From: Selaginella moellendorffii
Lineage: Eukaryota > Plantae > Lycopodiophyta
Length of the DNA: 14,534 nt
Direction: 5' to 3'
Assembly: GCF_000143415.4 (NCBI RefSeq)
Contig: NW_003314300.1
Span: forward strand, 878,587 to 893,120
Below are positions 1 through 10,645 of this stretch, piece by piece. A program made the position numbers and the translations under genes. The notes under the pieces are model-generated. The model had not been told where the DNA came from and did not search any database. It worked only from the letters and a program-made list of their open reading frames with translations. Each line of letters opens with the position of its first letter. Positions within the stretch are counted from its first letter, which is position 1.

Positions 1-18
1 AGCTACATTCTTCCCCCC
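1..18 (-). promoter_or_regulatory. Polypurine tract (18-8) and first bases of a 3' LTR (TGTAGCT, 7-1) of a minus-strand gypsy element
   Basis: Minus strand reads GGGGGGAAGAA|TGTAGCT about 120 bp downstream of an integrase C-terminal GPY/F region. Confidence 0.7.
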
Positions 19-137
19 ATAAAGTCCTTGTCCCAGGACGAGTTGTATCGGTGATCACCCTTTTTGGGGAACCTTACTCAAGCTCCTGGTCCATCTTCCA
101 CAACTGTATACATCAAGGAGGCATTGAGCCCGTCACT

Positions 138-356
138 CTAAGATAGTACACCTTTCAATTGGCTAACATAAAATATTGGATGAACTTTCACCCCAGCTAA
201 CAGCCGTACCCAATAAGCCGCTTTACCAATGCGCTCCAACACTTCATATAAACTAGCATATCAATGGGAAAGTTTATCACTCTTCCCTGTCCGTAAAGGC
301 ATTAAAGTGTTCCACCACTCACTTGATGGAAAAATCACGCGCATAAAGACGAGATC
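138..356 (-). pseudogene. Ty3/gypsy integrase C-terminal (GPY/F) fragment
   Basis: Manual translation: (DLVFMRV..)[48 protein letters not shown], matching [41 protein letters not shown]. The 300-356 part is less certain. Confidence 0.85.
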
Positions 357-363
357 ATAACAT

Positions 364-376
364 TGGTATCGGAGCC
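364..376 (+). promoter_or_regulatory. Primer-binding site, initiator tRNA-Met type
   Basis: TGGTATCGGAGCC (canonical TGGTATCAGAGCC, 1 mismatch), 1 nt after an LTR-like end ...TAACA at 362. Confidence 0.7.
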
Positions 377-459
377 TAGTTCAATTCTCGTGGTTGACAA
401 GTGGGGCAAAAATATTTTAAAGGAATATTCAACATGGTAGATCTAGAGGGAGAACAAAT

Positions 460-610
460 CTTTGGTAGACCAGCAAAGTTCATCTACAAAAATATCATCA
501 TAAAATATGGCTTGCTTCTAGAACTTGTCATGGATCGAGGAACACACTTCATCAACGAAACCATCAAGATTCTGACTCAAGAATTCACGATCAAACATAA
601 GGCTTCAACA
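460..610 (+). pseudogene. Gypsy integrase catalytic-core fragment
   Basis: AKFIYKNIIIKYGLLLELVMDRGTHFINETIKILTQEFTIKHKAST matches the RYGxPxELVSDRGTHF...IKH segment around the second Asp of DDE. Confidence 0.85.
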
Positions 611-908
611 CTTGGATGTTCTCAAATGCCAAACTCAAAATGCTAAGCACCAACACCTTCATGGGGAAGCTTTTCAAAGTCTGGTACCAACTCAAGTCCA
701 AGTTACAATGCAAACAATCGCAGACCAAGAAACAACTGGACTGACAACCAATCTTTCTGGGCAAATGGTTCCAGGTCAAGGGAAAAATGCTTGGTGAAAT
801 GGAAGATCGAGGCTTGGACCAAACCTGTAGGGACCTACACAAAGCAAGAGAAGGACCATGGTGACTAGAGGGTGGTATAAGTATGATTGCGGATGATCAT
901 TCCCTGAT

Positions 909-1023
909 AAGGGAAGGATTGTTAGGCACTAGATCAGGATAATAAGATAAAGAAAGGGCTCTACAATCAAGTGATCACACCTTTAGCCAATTAGCTTAGG
1001 GTGTAAGGGATAAGATTCTAACA
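909..1023 (+). mobile_element. Possible PPT (909-918) followed by a short LTR-like segment (920-1023)
   Basis: AAGGGAAGGA then TGTTAG...CTAACA (perfect 6-bp terminal inverted repeat). No partner LTR is visible. Confidence 0.4.
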
Positions 1024-3060
1024 TTCCTAATGACTCAATTGCAACTTTGTGTGTAATTGCCAAATACTCAAATCAACCTCAAAAGTACAACTTTGAACTA
1101 AATCAAAAGGAATTGAAAAACCACTGTAGTCCATGAAATGTCATTGCAACAAATAATATATCCCATATTTAAATCTGCCCACCAATAGTCCTTTGAGACC
1201 ACAATTAATTTAAACTTACAACTATAAGTAGAACTTGCCCCTACATCTTCCCTTTGGGCAACATCCAAGACCTATGTTAACTCAGACTTATGGCCTTTGT
1301 CTTTGTTTAACATTGCATATAAGAGGTTTGACTCAATCTATTTGTCCTTCACATCCTCTTTATCCCCTCCTTGAAGGAAAAAAAGTTCTGAAGCACTAGC
1401 TTTATTCAAATTCACTGCACTCATTCTCACTCTACCATCTATGTTTAGCCTCACTCCACTATTACATCCATTTGGCCTCACTACATTAGGGCCAAATATT
1501 CTGTTTAAACTCACTATGCTTATCCTCACTCCACAATCCATATTATTTGTTTTTGCTCCACTATTGTATTCACTTGTCCTTACTCCATTGTTGAGGCTGG
1601 ACTCTTGTCCATCCCCTCTACCCCCTCCTTCGAAGAAAAAAATGTTTGAAGTGTTAGGGCAAAGAGGAAAAAGTGAGAAATGTTGAGGAAGAAATAGCAT
1701 GGAAAAATAAAAAGTGGATGCAGAAACATTGAAAAAGAAATTTTCAGTAGCTACTAATGCAAAAATGGGGAAATAAAAAGGATATATGCTCAAAGCTTGG
1801 AAAATATATGACTTTCTGTTATAAAATACTTCAATTAATATGAGAGAAGTAAAAGATTCACACCATTTAACCTCCTTAACATAAAATTCAACACTTAAGA
1901 TGAAAAATATCCACACTCTTTAAGGGAACATTTAAACTCCTTAATAACAACAGTAAAATAAAGGCCTTTAGAGGCACTCACAATTAAGAATATACACTCA
2001 ATTTGAAATTCTACCCAAAGTAACTCAACTTTTGGAAGAGGGGAATACTCAACACCAGAATTGATCAAAGACTTTACTAACAAAATTTTTTAACTTCATG
2101 CACATACTTAACATCAAGATTAATATGAGGAGGACATAAAACACTCAACTTAACATTGGTTTGAGAATGAGAATCATAAGAGTAAAAAATGATTGATATG
2201 CTAAGAAAAAAAGTATTGCAGATGCAAAAGGAATACTAAGAACATGAGAAGATATCTAAAGTTGAGAATAAAAAAAAGTTGGGAAAAGTAGAAGGTAAGG
2301 AGAAAGGATCAAATAGCAAATTAAAAGATTGACACCTACCTTGTGAAATTTCCAACTCATCCTTAAATTTATCTCCATAATAATCAAGCTCCTCATCACA
2401 ATTTGGAATCTATTAGAGCTAATAAAAATCATCTTCCCATAAACTTGATCTTTGAATATTCTTGAAGAACTGCATTGCATTATCCATAGCTCGCCAATCA
2501 ACATCATGATCACACTTCACATCAATAGAAGATGGCAAAAAACTAAGAACAGAACAAGCCATATAATCATGTCCCATAAAAGTTGGAGATAACAACACAT
2601 CAAGAATAGGTGTAACACCAATATGATCATACTCCATAGCACCAAAAATTCAATCTAATGGAGCAATATTAGCAGCCTCAAGTGACATACTCCTTGATGG
2701 ATAACGGCATGGCATGGTAAAAGAAAAAAATGTAATGAAGATCAAAAGAAAGAGTACATCTTAAGCACAATGATAGTTAGAGTTCTAGATCTTATGAAAA
2801 ACTAATACAGATTTAAATCTAAAAGAGAATGAAAAAATAAAAACAAAAAGCATGATCCCAAACATTGGAGTAAACACTGCCAAAAGGCTTTGATTTTCAA
2901 AGATAAATTGCAATGCTTTCTCTTCCACCAATATGAGTGTTTGGGATATAGGATTAGGTATATTAATTGGGGTTTATACCCCTACTTATATACAAGAATG
3001 GATGGACAATCCATATGCTATAGTACTATAAATAGTGTATTACCTGACAAGGGTAATACA

Positions 3061-3106
3061 TGTACACACGCACACAAACAGGTATATATATATATATATA
3101 TATATC

Positions 3107-3134
<28 letters not shown>
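3061..3134. repeat. Compound microsatellite: degenerate (CA)n, (TA)11, (TG)14
   Basis: Direct reading: TA run 3083-3104, TG run 3107-3134, CA-rich 3064-3080. Confidence 0.95.
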
Positions 3135-3137
<3 letters not shown>

Positions 3138-3305
3138 GCCAAGTGTATAGTTACGATGCCATATACTAATATTAGCATAGTGGGATTTTAGTAGTCGTTG
3201 GATTGATTTCAATCCGGACCACTCGCTCCTATATATAAGTTAGGGTTTTGGGTTAATTGATATGCACATTTTTTATATTCCTTTTCTATATTCCAAGCAT
3301 TCCCA
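3133..3305 (+). repeat. Putative 5' LTR of outer element
   Basis: TG...CA segment containing TATATATAA (3230-3238) and telo-box TAGGGTTT (3241-3248), followed by a TGG-initiated PBS-like site. No 3' LTR is present to confirm it. Confidence 0.45.
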
Positions 3306-3306
3306 T

Positions 3307-3321
3307 TGGTGAAGGTGAGGG
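3307..3321 (+). promoter_or_regulatory. Putative PBS, tRNA-Ala-like
   Basis: TGGTGAAGGTGAGGG versus the recalled tRNA-Ala complement TGGTGGAGATGCGGG (12/15), located upstream of gag. Confidence 0.4.
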
Positions 3322-3358
3322 CCACCTTTGATTGTCCTTGAGGAGTGCTTGGATTTGG

Positions 3359-3527
3359 GATTTTGGTTTAGATCTAACTTTTGCATTGTCTAAATCTAGC
3401 TTTTTCCATTTCCTTTATTTTGTTCTTTCCTTTCAAGATTTTGGTTTAGATCTAGCTTTTTGCATTGTCTAGATCAACCATTTCCTTCTAGCTTTTTGTT
3501 ATTTCTCTTATTTTGTTCTTTCTTTTT
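3359..3527 (+). repeat. Imperfect tandem duplication (~79-bp period) in outer 5' UTR
   Basis: GATTTTGGTTTAGATCTAR CTTTT(T)GCATTGTCTARATC...TTATTTTGTTCTTTC occurs twice. Confidence 0.8.
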
Positions 3528-3538
3528 CGTTCATCTTC

Positions 3539-4483
3539 ATGGCAGATCACCAATCTCCTCCTTTGACTCTGGAGTAGCAGTTGGTACAATTGCTTGATGC
3601 TATTTAACTCTGGAGTAGTAGTTGGTACAATTGCTTGATGCTATGTGCTTGCAATTGAACAACCAAATTAAGTTGATGGCAGCATTCATGACACATGGTA
3701 CAACTTTTCCTGCTCTTGGTGCCAATCCTTGCGTTCGGCCGAAATTCTTTTGCGGGAATCCTAGGGATGATGTGTACTATTGGTTCAATCACTTCACGAT
3801 GATTGCCATATATCATTTTTAGGATGATGCTCAACATTTGCATGAATTTCCCACATGTCTCCAAGGGACGGCGTTGCAGTGGTATAATAGTTTGAGCGCA
3901 GCCAGTCGTGGGGATTAGAGTGTTCTCCTGGACATCTTCAAATGTGCCTTCGGACATGCCGACAACTATGATGATGCCTTCCAACAATTGCATCATCTTC
4001 GCCAAGGGCCATCTGAGTCAGTGATGTAATTTAGCGTTCGTTTCCAAAGTCTTTTGCTTCGTGCGGAGCTACATATGTCAGAGTGGATCAAGCTAGGAAT
4101 GTTGTCGCTAGCACTTCATCAACATCTTGTCGGACCTGTGCATGCACTTGCTCCCACCACCCTTAACGATGCTCTTCGCTTGGCATAACGTTATAAGACA
4201 TTGCCTCTTCCACTTCTTGCTGCACATCCTTCAACTCCATTTCATATGGGTGATGGTCCTGTTCCAATGGAGGTTGATACTGCTGCTACTCGAGTCCAAG
4301 GACAAAGGCAAGAACGTGGTCGTGGCCGTGATATTTGCTGCTGGGTATGTGATGAAGTTGGTCATACTTATCGGCATTGTCGGCGTTTTCTGGATTGGCA
4401 ACCTCCATTTCCTAGGTGGAAACCTTGTAGTGGAAGTTCTAGACACCGAGATGCATTCGGGAAACGAAGAGTCATGTGAGTAA
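3539..4483 (+). pseudogene. gag: gag of outer element
   Basis: ATG at 3539. Motifs LQGTALQWY, LRQGPSESV, GPVPMEVD and zinc knuckle CWVCDEVGHTYRHC (4339-4380). Several in-frame stops and a 41-bp frameshifting duplication. Confidence 0.9.
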
Positions 4484-4509
4484 CAAAAGGACCTTGCGCG
4501 AATAAATTA

Positions 4510-5597
4510 ATGACCCCTCCATCTTTTTTTCGGGAGTATTATCAAGGGGTTCACTCGACACTAGTTCATCCAGTGTTTACTTTCCAAGCTCATATTTATA
4601 ACAAGAGGTCTCTTATTATTCTCTCTGTTTTGGTTGACACAGATTTGAGTTTATCTTTTATTGCTCAACCTGTTGCCACACATTGCTGTCTACACTTGTA
4701 TCGTGCAGCAGAACTAGTTTTTATTCTTTATGGCAACAGTCGTACATATGCATGTGTATGGGATGAGGCGGACCTAGTTGTGTATGTGGGCAATCTCAAG
4801 CTTGAGTTGTAGTCATTGCAAGTGGTGGCAAGTCAAGTTTTTGACCTCATTCTTGGTATAGATTGGTTACAACACAATCATGCCAAGTGTGACTTTGAGG
4901 TTTCTCCCTCTTATCTCATACTTCCTTATATTTCATTCATTCTTCTCACTTCTGTAGCTCTTTGTCCCTCTACTTCTACCTCTTCTTTTATTACTTTTGT
5001 TCCCCCACTATTTACTCCTATGTTTTCGTCTTGTTCTGCTCTTCCCTTTTCCGATCCTTCATACAATCTTTGTGTTGCAGTAGTTGACCGGCTCGTGAAA
5101 TAGTATTCTGATCTCTTTGAATTTGACCTATCATCTAGGGCCAAAATTGCATTCCAACTAGGGATGCTTGTCTAATCAAGGTTTCTGTTCGTCGTTAATC
5201 ACCCAAGGAGATCAAGATTTTACGTGCAAACATCAAGGAGATGTTGGAGAAGGGTGTTATTCAAAAGTCATGAAGTCCTTGGTCATGTGAACGACAAAGC
5301 CTGACGGGAGTATTTGTTTCTGCATCGACTATCGTCCGTTAAACGAAGTGACGATCCCAGATGTGTACACTTTTCCTTACACTGCTGATCTCTTGGATCG
5401 TCTGGGGCAAAGTTGTTGGTTCACCAAGCTAAATCTTGCTTCTGGGTACTGGAAAGTACCGATGGCCGAAGAAGATATTCCAAAAATTATTTTTTGTACA
5501 CCATTTGGTTTGTACAAATTCTTGGTGATGCTGTTTGGTTTTAACAATGCTTTAGCAACTTTCTAGCAAATGATGGATAAGGTTCTTTGTGATATGC
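4510..5597 (+). pseudogene. pol: pol 5' part of outer element: aspartic protease and RT N-terminal half
   Basis: LVDTDLSLSFI and DLILGIDWL (protease). KPDGSICFCIDYRPLN, NLASGYWKV, FCTPFGLYKFLVMLFGFNNALATF (RT). Confidence 0.93.
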
Positions 5598-5784
5598 TGT
5601 TAGAGTGTGGCCACTGAGAGAGTGAGAGAGAGAGAGGGAATATTTTGGTCCTCAGAATATTCTCCATCTTCCTTGTATAAAACCCTTGCCTCATAAGGGC
5701 AAGGGGGGGCATTTTGTGAAGAGCATTGAAACATTTCTCGTGTTTGAGCGAGCGTTGTGGGAGGTGCCCCTCCTTCCCCCAACA
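5598..5784 (+). repeat. 5' LTR of inner element (187 bp)
   Basis: TGTTA...CAACA ends, TATAAAA at 5676-5682, about 10 substitutions versus the 3' copy by manual count. Confidence 0.95.
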
Positions 5785-5786
5785 TA

Positions 5787-5803
5787 TGGTGAACCCGGCG
5801 TGA
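5787..5803 (+). promoter_or_regulatory. PBS complementary to tRNA-Trp
   Basis: TGGTGAACCCGGCGTGA versus the recalled plant tRNA-Trp complement TGGTGAACCCGACGTGA (16/17), 2 nt after the LTR. Confidence 0.85.
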
Positions 5804-6623
5804 TGCGCAAAACTTTCTGAAATATCATTTTACTCTTTTTCTTTTGGGGCCGCAGACTTTGGGAAAGAATTCCTTGTTCGTCTTGAGGTGGTTTTGTTTG
5901 ATAGGTCTAGAGCTCCTCTTTCCAACAAGGTATGGCGCTTGTCAAGCCATGTAGTATTTGACAAAATACAATATTTCTTGGCTCAGTCGGATGAACATTT
6001 TGGGGTTTTCCCTTTCTTGCTTGGATCCTCAGCTCAATTTCTCAAAGTAGTGCATTTGTGCTTGTAGATCTAGCCTAGATCTATGAGTAGTGGTGATTCT
6101 TGGCACTAGATTTGGCCAAAGTGGTGGCATGCAAAAGGATTTTCTTCTCCGGCTAGATCGGGTCATCTTTGGAGCAGGAATTCATGCTCCTCCGGGCTTT
6201 GTTTTGGATGCCATTTGTTTCTAGAGGTGCTCCTGGTCCTAGGCTTTCCAGAAATACCAATGGCACCTCAATATTGATCTACATCAGAGACATACATATG
6301 TTTTTCCACAATGTTGGTGTTCTGGGCTACCTCTTCGTGGATTTCAGGGAATATTGAGGTAGCTTCTTCCCAAGTTCCTATGATAGCGGGTAGATGGGGC
6401 TGAACTCTTTCCAATGAGCCCAACAATAATCAAAATGGGGAAGGATTGAGACCAGAGGACTCATTTTTCTCTTTTGGGCTAAACTTTGTTGGGAATTCCT
6501 TAGGAACGAAGCAATCTTCAAGGAACAGGTAGCCATAGGAATAGGAACAGGAGGAGCAAGAATAAGAGTTGGTGTAGGAATAGGGATAGTAGGAACAGGT
6601 GCAGGGGAAGGAGTGAAAGCAGG

Positions 6624-6823
6624 GGTTACCGGTTACAGGTTACAGGTCCTCGGTTACTAGTTACGGGTTACCGGTTACTGGCCACTCTAGCGGCTACTCC
6701 AGTGGCTACTCCAGTGGCTGCTCCAACGGTTGCTCCAGCGACTCCTCCAGCAGCTGCTCCAGCGAGTACTTCAACGGGTACTCTAGTGGGTCCTCCAACT
6801 GCTACTCCGACGGTTACCCTATG
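6624..6823 (+). repeat. Minisatellite: 8 x 7-mer (GGTTACN) followed by ~12 x 12-mer (GGCTACTCCAGY)
   Basis: Units read directly: 7-mers at 6624-6679, 12-mers at 6680-6823. Confidence 0.9.
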
Positions 6824-7169
6824 GGTCAATGGTTACGTGTGCTTGAGGCCTACATCTCCTTCCATTTCGACCCTTATTTCTCTTCATCTCAGGCATTTTG
6901 GGCCACTTTGAGCAACTTGAGCACTAGCCTACAGTCTTCTCGCTCCTGTCAACCCAGTTGCCTTGACCGGGCATTTGCAGTGTTCAGGGTATTTGATGCT
7001 GGTACAAACTAGATGTACGACAATTTGGTGACATTTTACCATACCTCAAGGCCCTAAGGTATGAAGTAAACTTTCTAATGTCCAAAGGCAGCTTAGGTAT
7101 GACACTGCACCTTCTCGGGCTGAGTCGTCTTCATCCTTGGCAGATTCCAGTTACTTATATCTACGAGCT

Positions 7170-8570
7170 ATGGCGCAGCCACCTCTAGCATGACCTCAGC
7201 TCCATGTTTTGTAGAAGAGGAGTGATCTGCCGACCTTCTCAGGTGTTGGAAAAGTCTCTCCAACATCGCATATCAGTCGCTTTGATTACTATTGCACCAC
7301 AAACATGATCGTCGACGATGATCATATGTGCCACGACTTCTTGCAATCTCTTGAAGGCAAAGCAACAACTTGGGCAAATTCTCTCCTCCTAGAGGACTGG
7401 ACAGACTTCCAGACACTACTTGCTTCTTTCAGAGAATGCTTCGTTGAAGAAAAACCCATAAATCGGCTACTTGTTGACCTCTTTTTGTTCCGGCAGGGCG
7501 CTCACGAGTCTATTCCTGACTACATCACACGGTTTCAAGCTTACTGGAAGTAGTGTTGGGATCGCAGAGTAGTCCAAGATGAGCAACAGGGGATCACAAC
7601 ATTCACAACAGGTCTGCGTGGGAACTTGCAAAGGAAACTTCTCAAGAAGACATTCAAGTCTTGCCGCGAGGCATTTTCATTTCCCACGAAGCTGGAAAGA
7701 GAACTTCTTGTCGACCTAGGGATTGTTAGAGTTGATTTTGACCAAGCCATCACCCCATCAGAGTCACCTTGTGCAGCTGTTCGCCCGTCCACAACAAAGC
7801 CCGTTATTGAGCATACACCTCCGGCTATTGAGAACATTGCCAATGAGATGCGGCAGCTGAAGGAGATCATTCTTCAACAACAATCACACCATGACAAAGT
7901 ACTCCAGGAGCTGGTGGAGTCCAGGAAAGAGGCTGCTACAGCTTGGGAACGTAGATTTAAATCTCGTTGGTGCACTCATTGTGAGACAAACACCCACAAC
8001 ACACAGTGCTGCTTCAAGCTTCACCCAGAGCTTCGGCCTCCATCTTCTCAACGTGTCCAACAACATCCCTTCGTTGATAACTCCACACCGCCTCGGGGTC
8101 TAGAGACATATCAAGAGCAGTTGGAGCGACAAGCAATTGAAGCAGCCCCTTCGTCAAGCAAAGGCAAGGCACCAGCCTCATCGGTCAACACGATTTTGGT
8201 AGCTGAGGAACTCTATAGGCAATAGCAGCAAACCACAGCCACTCGAGCCCAAGCGAAGAAGAAGGTAGCCGCTTAGCCTGCCACAAATCCCTCGGCGCCG
8301 GTTGAGAGTGAATCTCCATTGGCATTAGATCCAATGACACAGAGGGTGGCTTGTAAGTTCCCCTTCAAGTCACTACTCTCTTCTCCTCTTGAGATCTCAC
8401 CAACAGCTATTCCTGTTCCGGAGCCGGTTCTTCAACAACTGGTTGACGCTCCTGTCACCTTTTCACTCCAAGACATGTTGTGTCTTGTCCCAGGATTCGG
8501 CCAACGTTTAGAGGAGTTTGCACAGTCAGGAACACCAGAAAGCACTCTCAAGAGGTGCACATTGTTGACA
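7170..8570 (+). pseudogene. gag: gag of inner element
   Basis: One frame with stops: LPTFSG, FLQSLEGKATTWANSL, FRQGAHESIPDYITRF, zinc knuckle CTHCETNTHNTQCC (7971-8012). Confidence 0.9.
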
Positions 8571-8910
8571 TAACAAGATATGGTGGAGATCCTGGTCCAT
8601 TCTTTGTCCCAGTGCAGATTGGTACTTCCTCTTGTAGGGTGGATGCTTTGGTGGACTCCGGTTCTGGAAGCAACATTATCTCTCTCGAAGCTGCCCTTTC
8701 AGCATAGCTACAGATCACTGAGATCTCCTCCATCGTGCTCAAGACCTTCACCAACCACACTGTTCCTCCAGTGGGCATTTGCTGTGGTGTCAAGGTCTCT
8801 GTGCAGGGTGTTATTTCTAAGGTGGATTTCCTCATGGTTGACTACTAACATCTTGGAACATCCTCTTTGAAGGACTCTATCATCCTTGGCCACTCATGGC
8901 AAATCATAGC
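8571..8910 (+). pseudogene. Aspartic protease of inner element
   Basis: ALVDSGSGSNIIS active-site motif and C-terminal IILGHSW, with two stops. Confidence 0.9.
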
Positions 8911-9636
8911 CCATTGCACCATTGACAGCGCACAAGGCAAGATACAAATTAGCGATGGAACCCATAGCGCCACCTTTCTCAACAACCACGGCACATCTCT
9001 TTCTTAGAAAGCCCATCAGGCTCAGAATAAGATGGGCCTCCACACCATACTTTCCTCCTGAGCTCACAGAGGTTTTTCCTGAGTTGGCGGTGGAGTCGAC
9101 CATCTATATGACAGATGCTTTCTCATGCAATGCGGTTGACATAGTTGGAGGTGAGTCAGGTAGCCCGAGACATCTCTCAGCTTCACTCTCTTTATTTGAG
9201 AGTAAGGCCGAGCCTCTAGACAGGACCTCTTTATTTGATGGTGGGGCTTATAGAGTATGGGCTCCCATATCCAACTTTTCAGAGTGTTTCTCGATAGAGG
9301 AAGGGCTCCTCGATTCGTTTCTTTCATGGGACCGACTCTCTCTTATGGAGCTTGATGACACAATCACTCCAAACCAGGTCCATCTTTTGCAGGACACAGC
9401 CGAAGTCAATCCTCCTCAGCAACTATCTGAGGTGTCACACAGCCAACATCTTCCTACTAACATCGCAGTAGCTGACAACTCTGAGCGTATTTTGTCATGC
9501 CGTTTCTTGGAGACGGAGGAATGACATCCAGACACACAACTGGCAGAAAGAATCAAGCCAATCAGACGTGCTACATGTGAGTTATAGCTCTTTGAGGTCA
9601 GAACTTTCTACCGTAGAGCCCCCGGTATTCCAACCA

Positions 9637-9790
9637 CTAGAACAATTTCGTCACTTTCTTGTTGGAGCCCATATCCATTCCCTTATCTATTTTACTGTGC
9701 TAACCTTTCTTTTACAGCAATCAGTTCACAGTCCTTGTACTTTATCTTGGATTGTGACCACCCAAGAGTTCGAGCCAACTCTTCACATGC
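9637..9790 (+). pseudogene. RNase H C-terminal fragment
   Basis: LEQFRHFLVG...LTFLLQQ...SWIVTTQEFE resembles KFRHYLLG...L.YLL...RWI..LQEFD. Confidence 0.7.
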
Positions 9791-10432
9791 GGCAAAAGTG
9801 TGTGATTGCATCTTCTCCAGCAACTGCAGGTCAAGCATGTGAAGAGCAGTAGCTATTACCCTGAGTGCAATGGCCAAGTGGAGTCTAGCAACAAGATATT
9901 GAAGACTGTCATCTCAAAGCTTATGGAGGATCACCCAAGGCATTGGCACGAACACTTGGTTACGGCGTTGTGGGCCTTTTGGACGTCCTTCAAGACATCC
10001 GTCTCTACGACCCCATTCTCCCTTGTATATGGGACAGAGGTTGTGCTTCCAGTGGAGATCCAGGTGCCGTCACTCTCACTTTCACTTTGATACGCAGCTG
10101 CAATGCAGCTTAGTGATGAGGACAAGCTTCATGCACATGACTTAGAGGTTCTTGCCTTGGCAGAACAGTGACAATCCACAACTGAACATCTCCTTCGAGG
10201 CAAGTAAAAGATCAAGTCAGTCATTGATCACCAGCAGTCTGCCGAACCATTCGAGGATGGCAATCTCGTTTTACTCAAGGAGTTTACACCACCTTCGAAG
10301 TTCTCCCCTCGCTGAACCGGCCACTACTTTCTCCAGCGACACATTGGAGGCAGAGCATATGTGCTAGTTGATGCTGATGGACGTGAGCTCCCACACGCTC
10401 ATAACCACTCTCATCTCAAACGCTTCATCTAG
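9791..10432 (+). pseudogene. Integrase C-terminal half of inner element (non-chromovirus-like)
   Basis: YYPECNGQVESSNKILK...ALWAFWTSFKT..TPFSLVYGTEVVLPVEI...KFSPR*TGHY...NHSHLKRFI*. HHCC and the first catalytic Asp residues are not seen. Confidence 0.9.
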
Positions 10433-10645
10433 TGAGGTGTTCCTTTTCTCTTCTTTTTTTCTTTTTCTTTTTCTCCCTTTCTTTCAGTTTACTTTCATGG
10501 CTATTTTTTTTACCTTCAGAAGGTGTTTTTCCATTGGACCATGGCTTATGCCTTGGATTTCACACTCAAGCTGCATTGCCGTGAAAGCGGTGGAACTCTG
10601 AAAAGGTGGCCATTGATACTCGTTGGCTCGTAGAGTAAGTGCTGA

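Noticed and set aside
1338-1916. 192-aa hydrophobic ORF as an env-like or membrane protein
   Set aside because: The Phe/Ile richness reflects T-rich composition, and there are no env motifs or element boundaries to support it.
3604-4005. 133-aa minus-strand ORF
   Set aside because: It is the antisense shadow of the outer gag.
5600-5785. Duplicated 61-aa minus-strand ORF (also 11564-11749)
   Set aside because: It simply spans the two LTR copies and has no coding evidence.
6702-6911. Ala/Pro/Thr-rich 69-aa ORF resembling an arabinogalactan peptide
   Set aside because: It is the translation of the 12-mer minisatellite, with a GTG start and no signal peptide.
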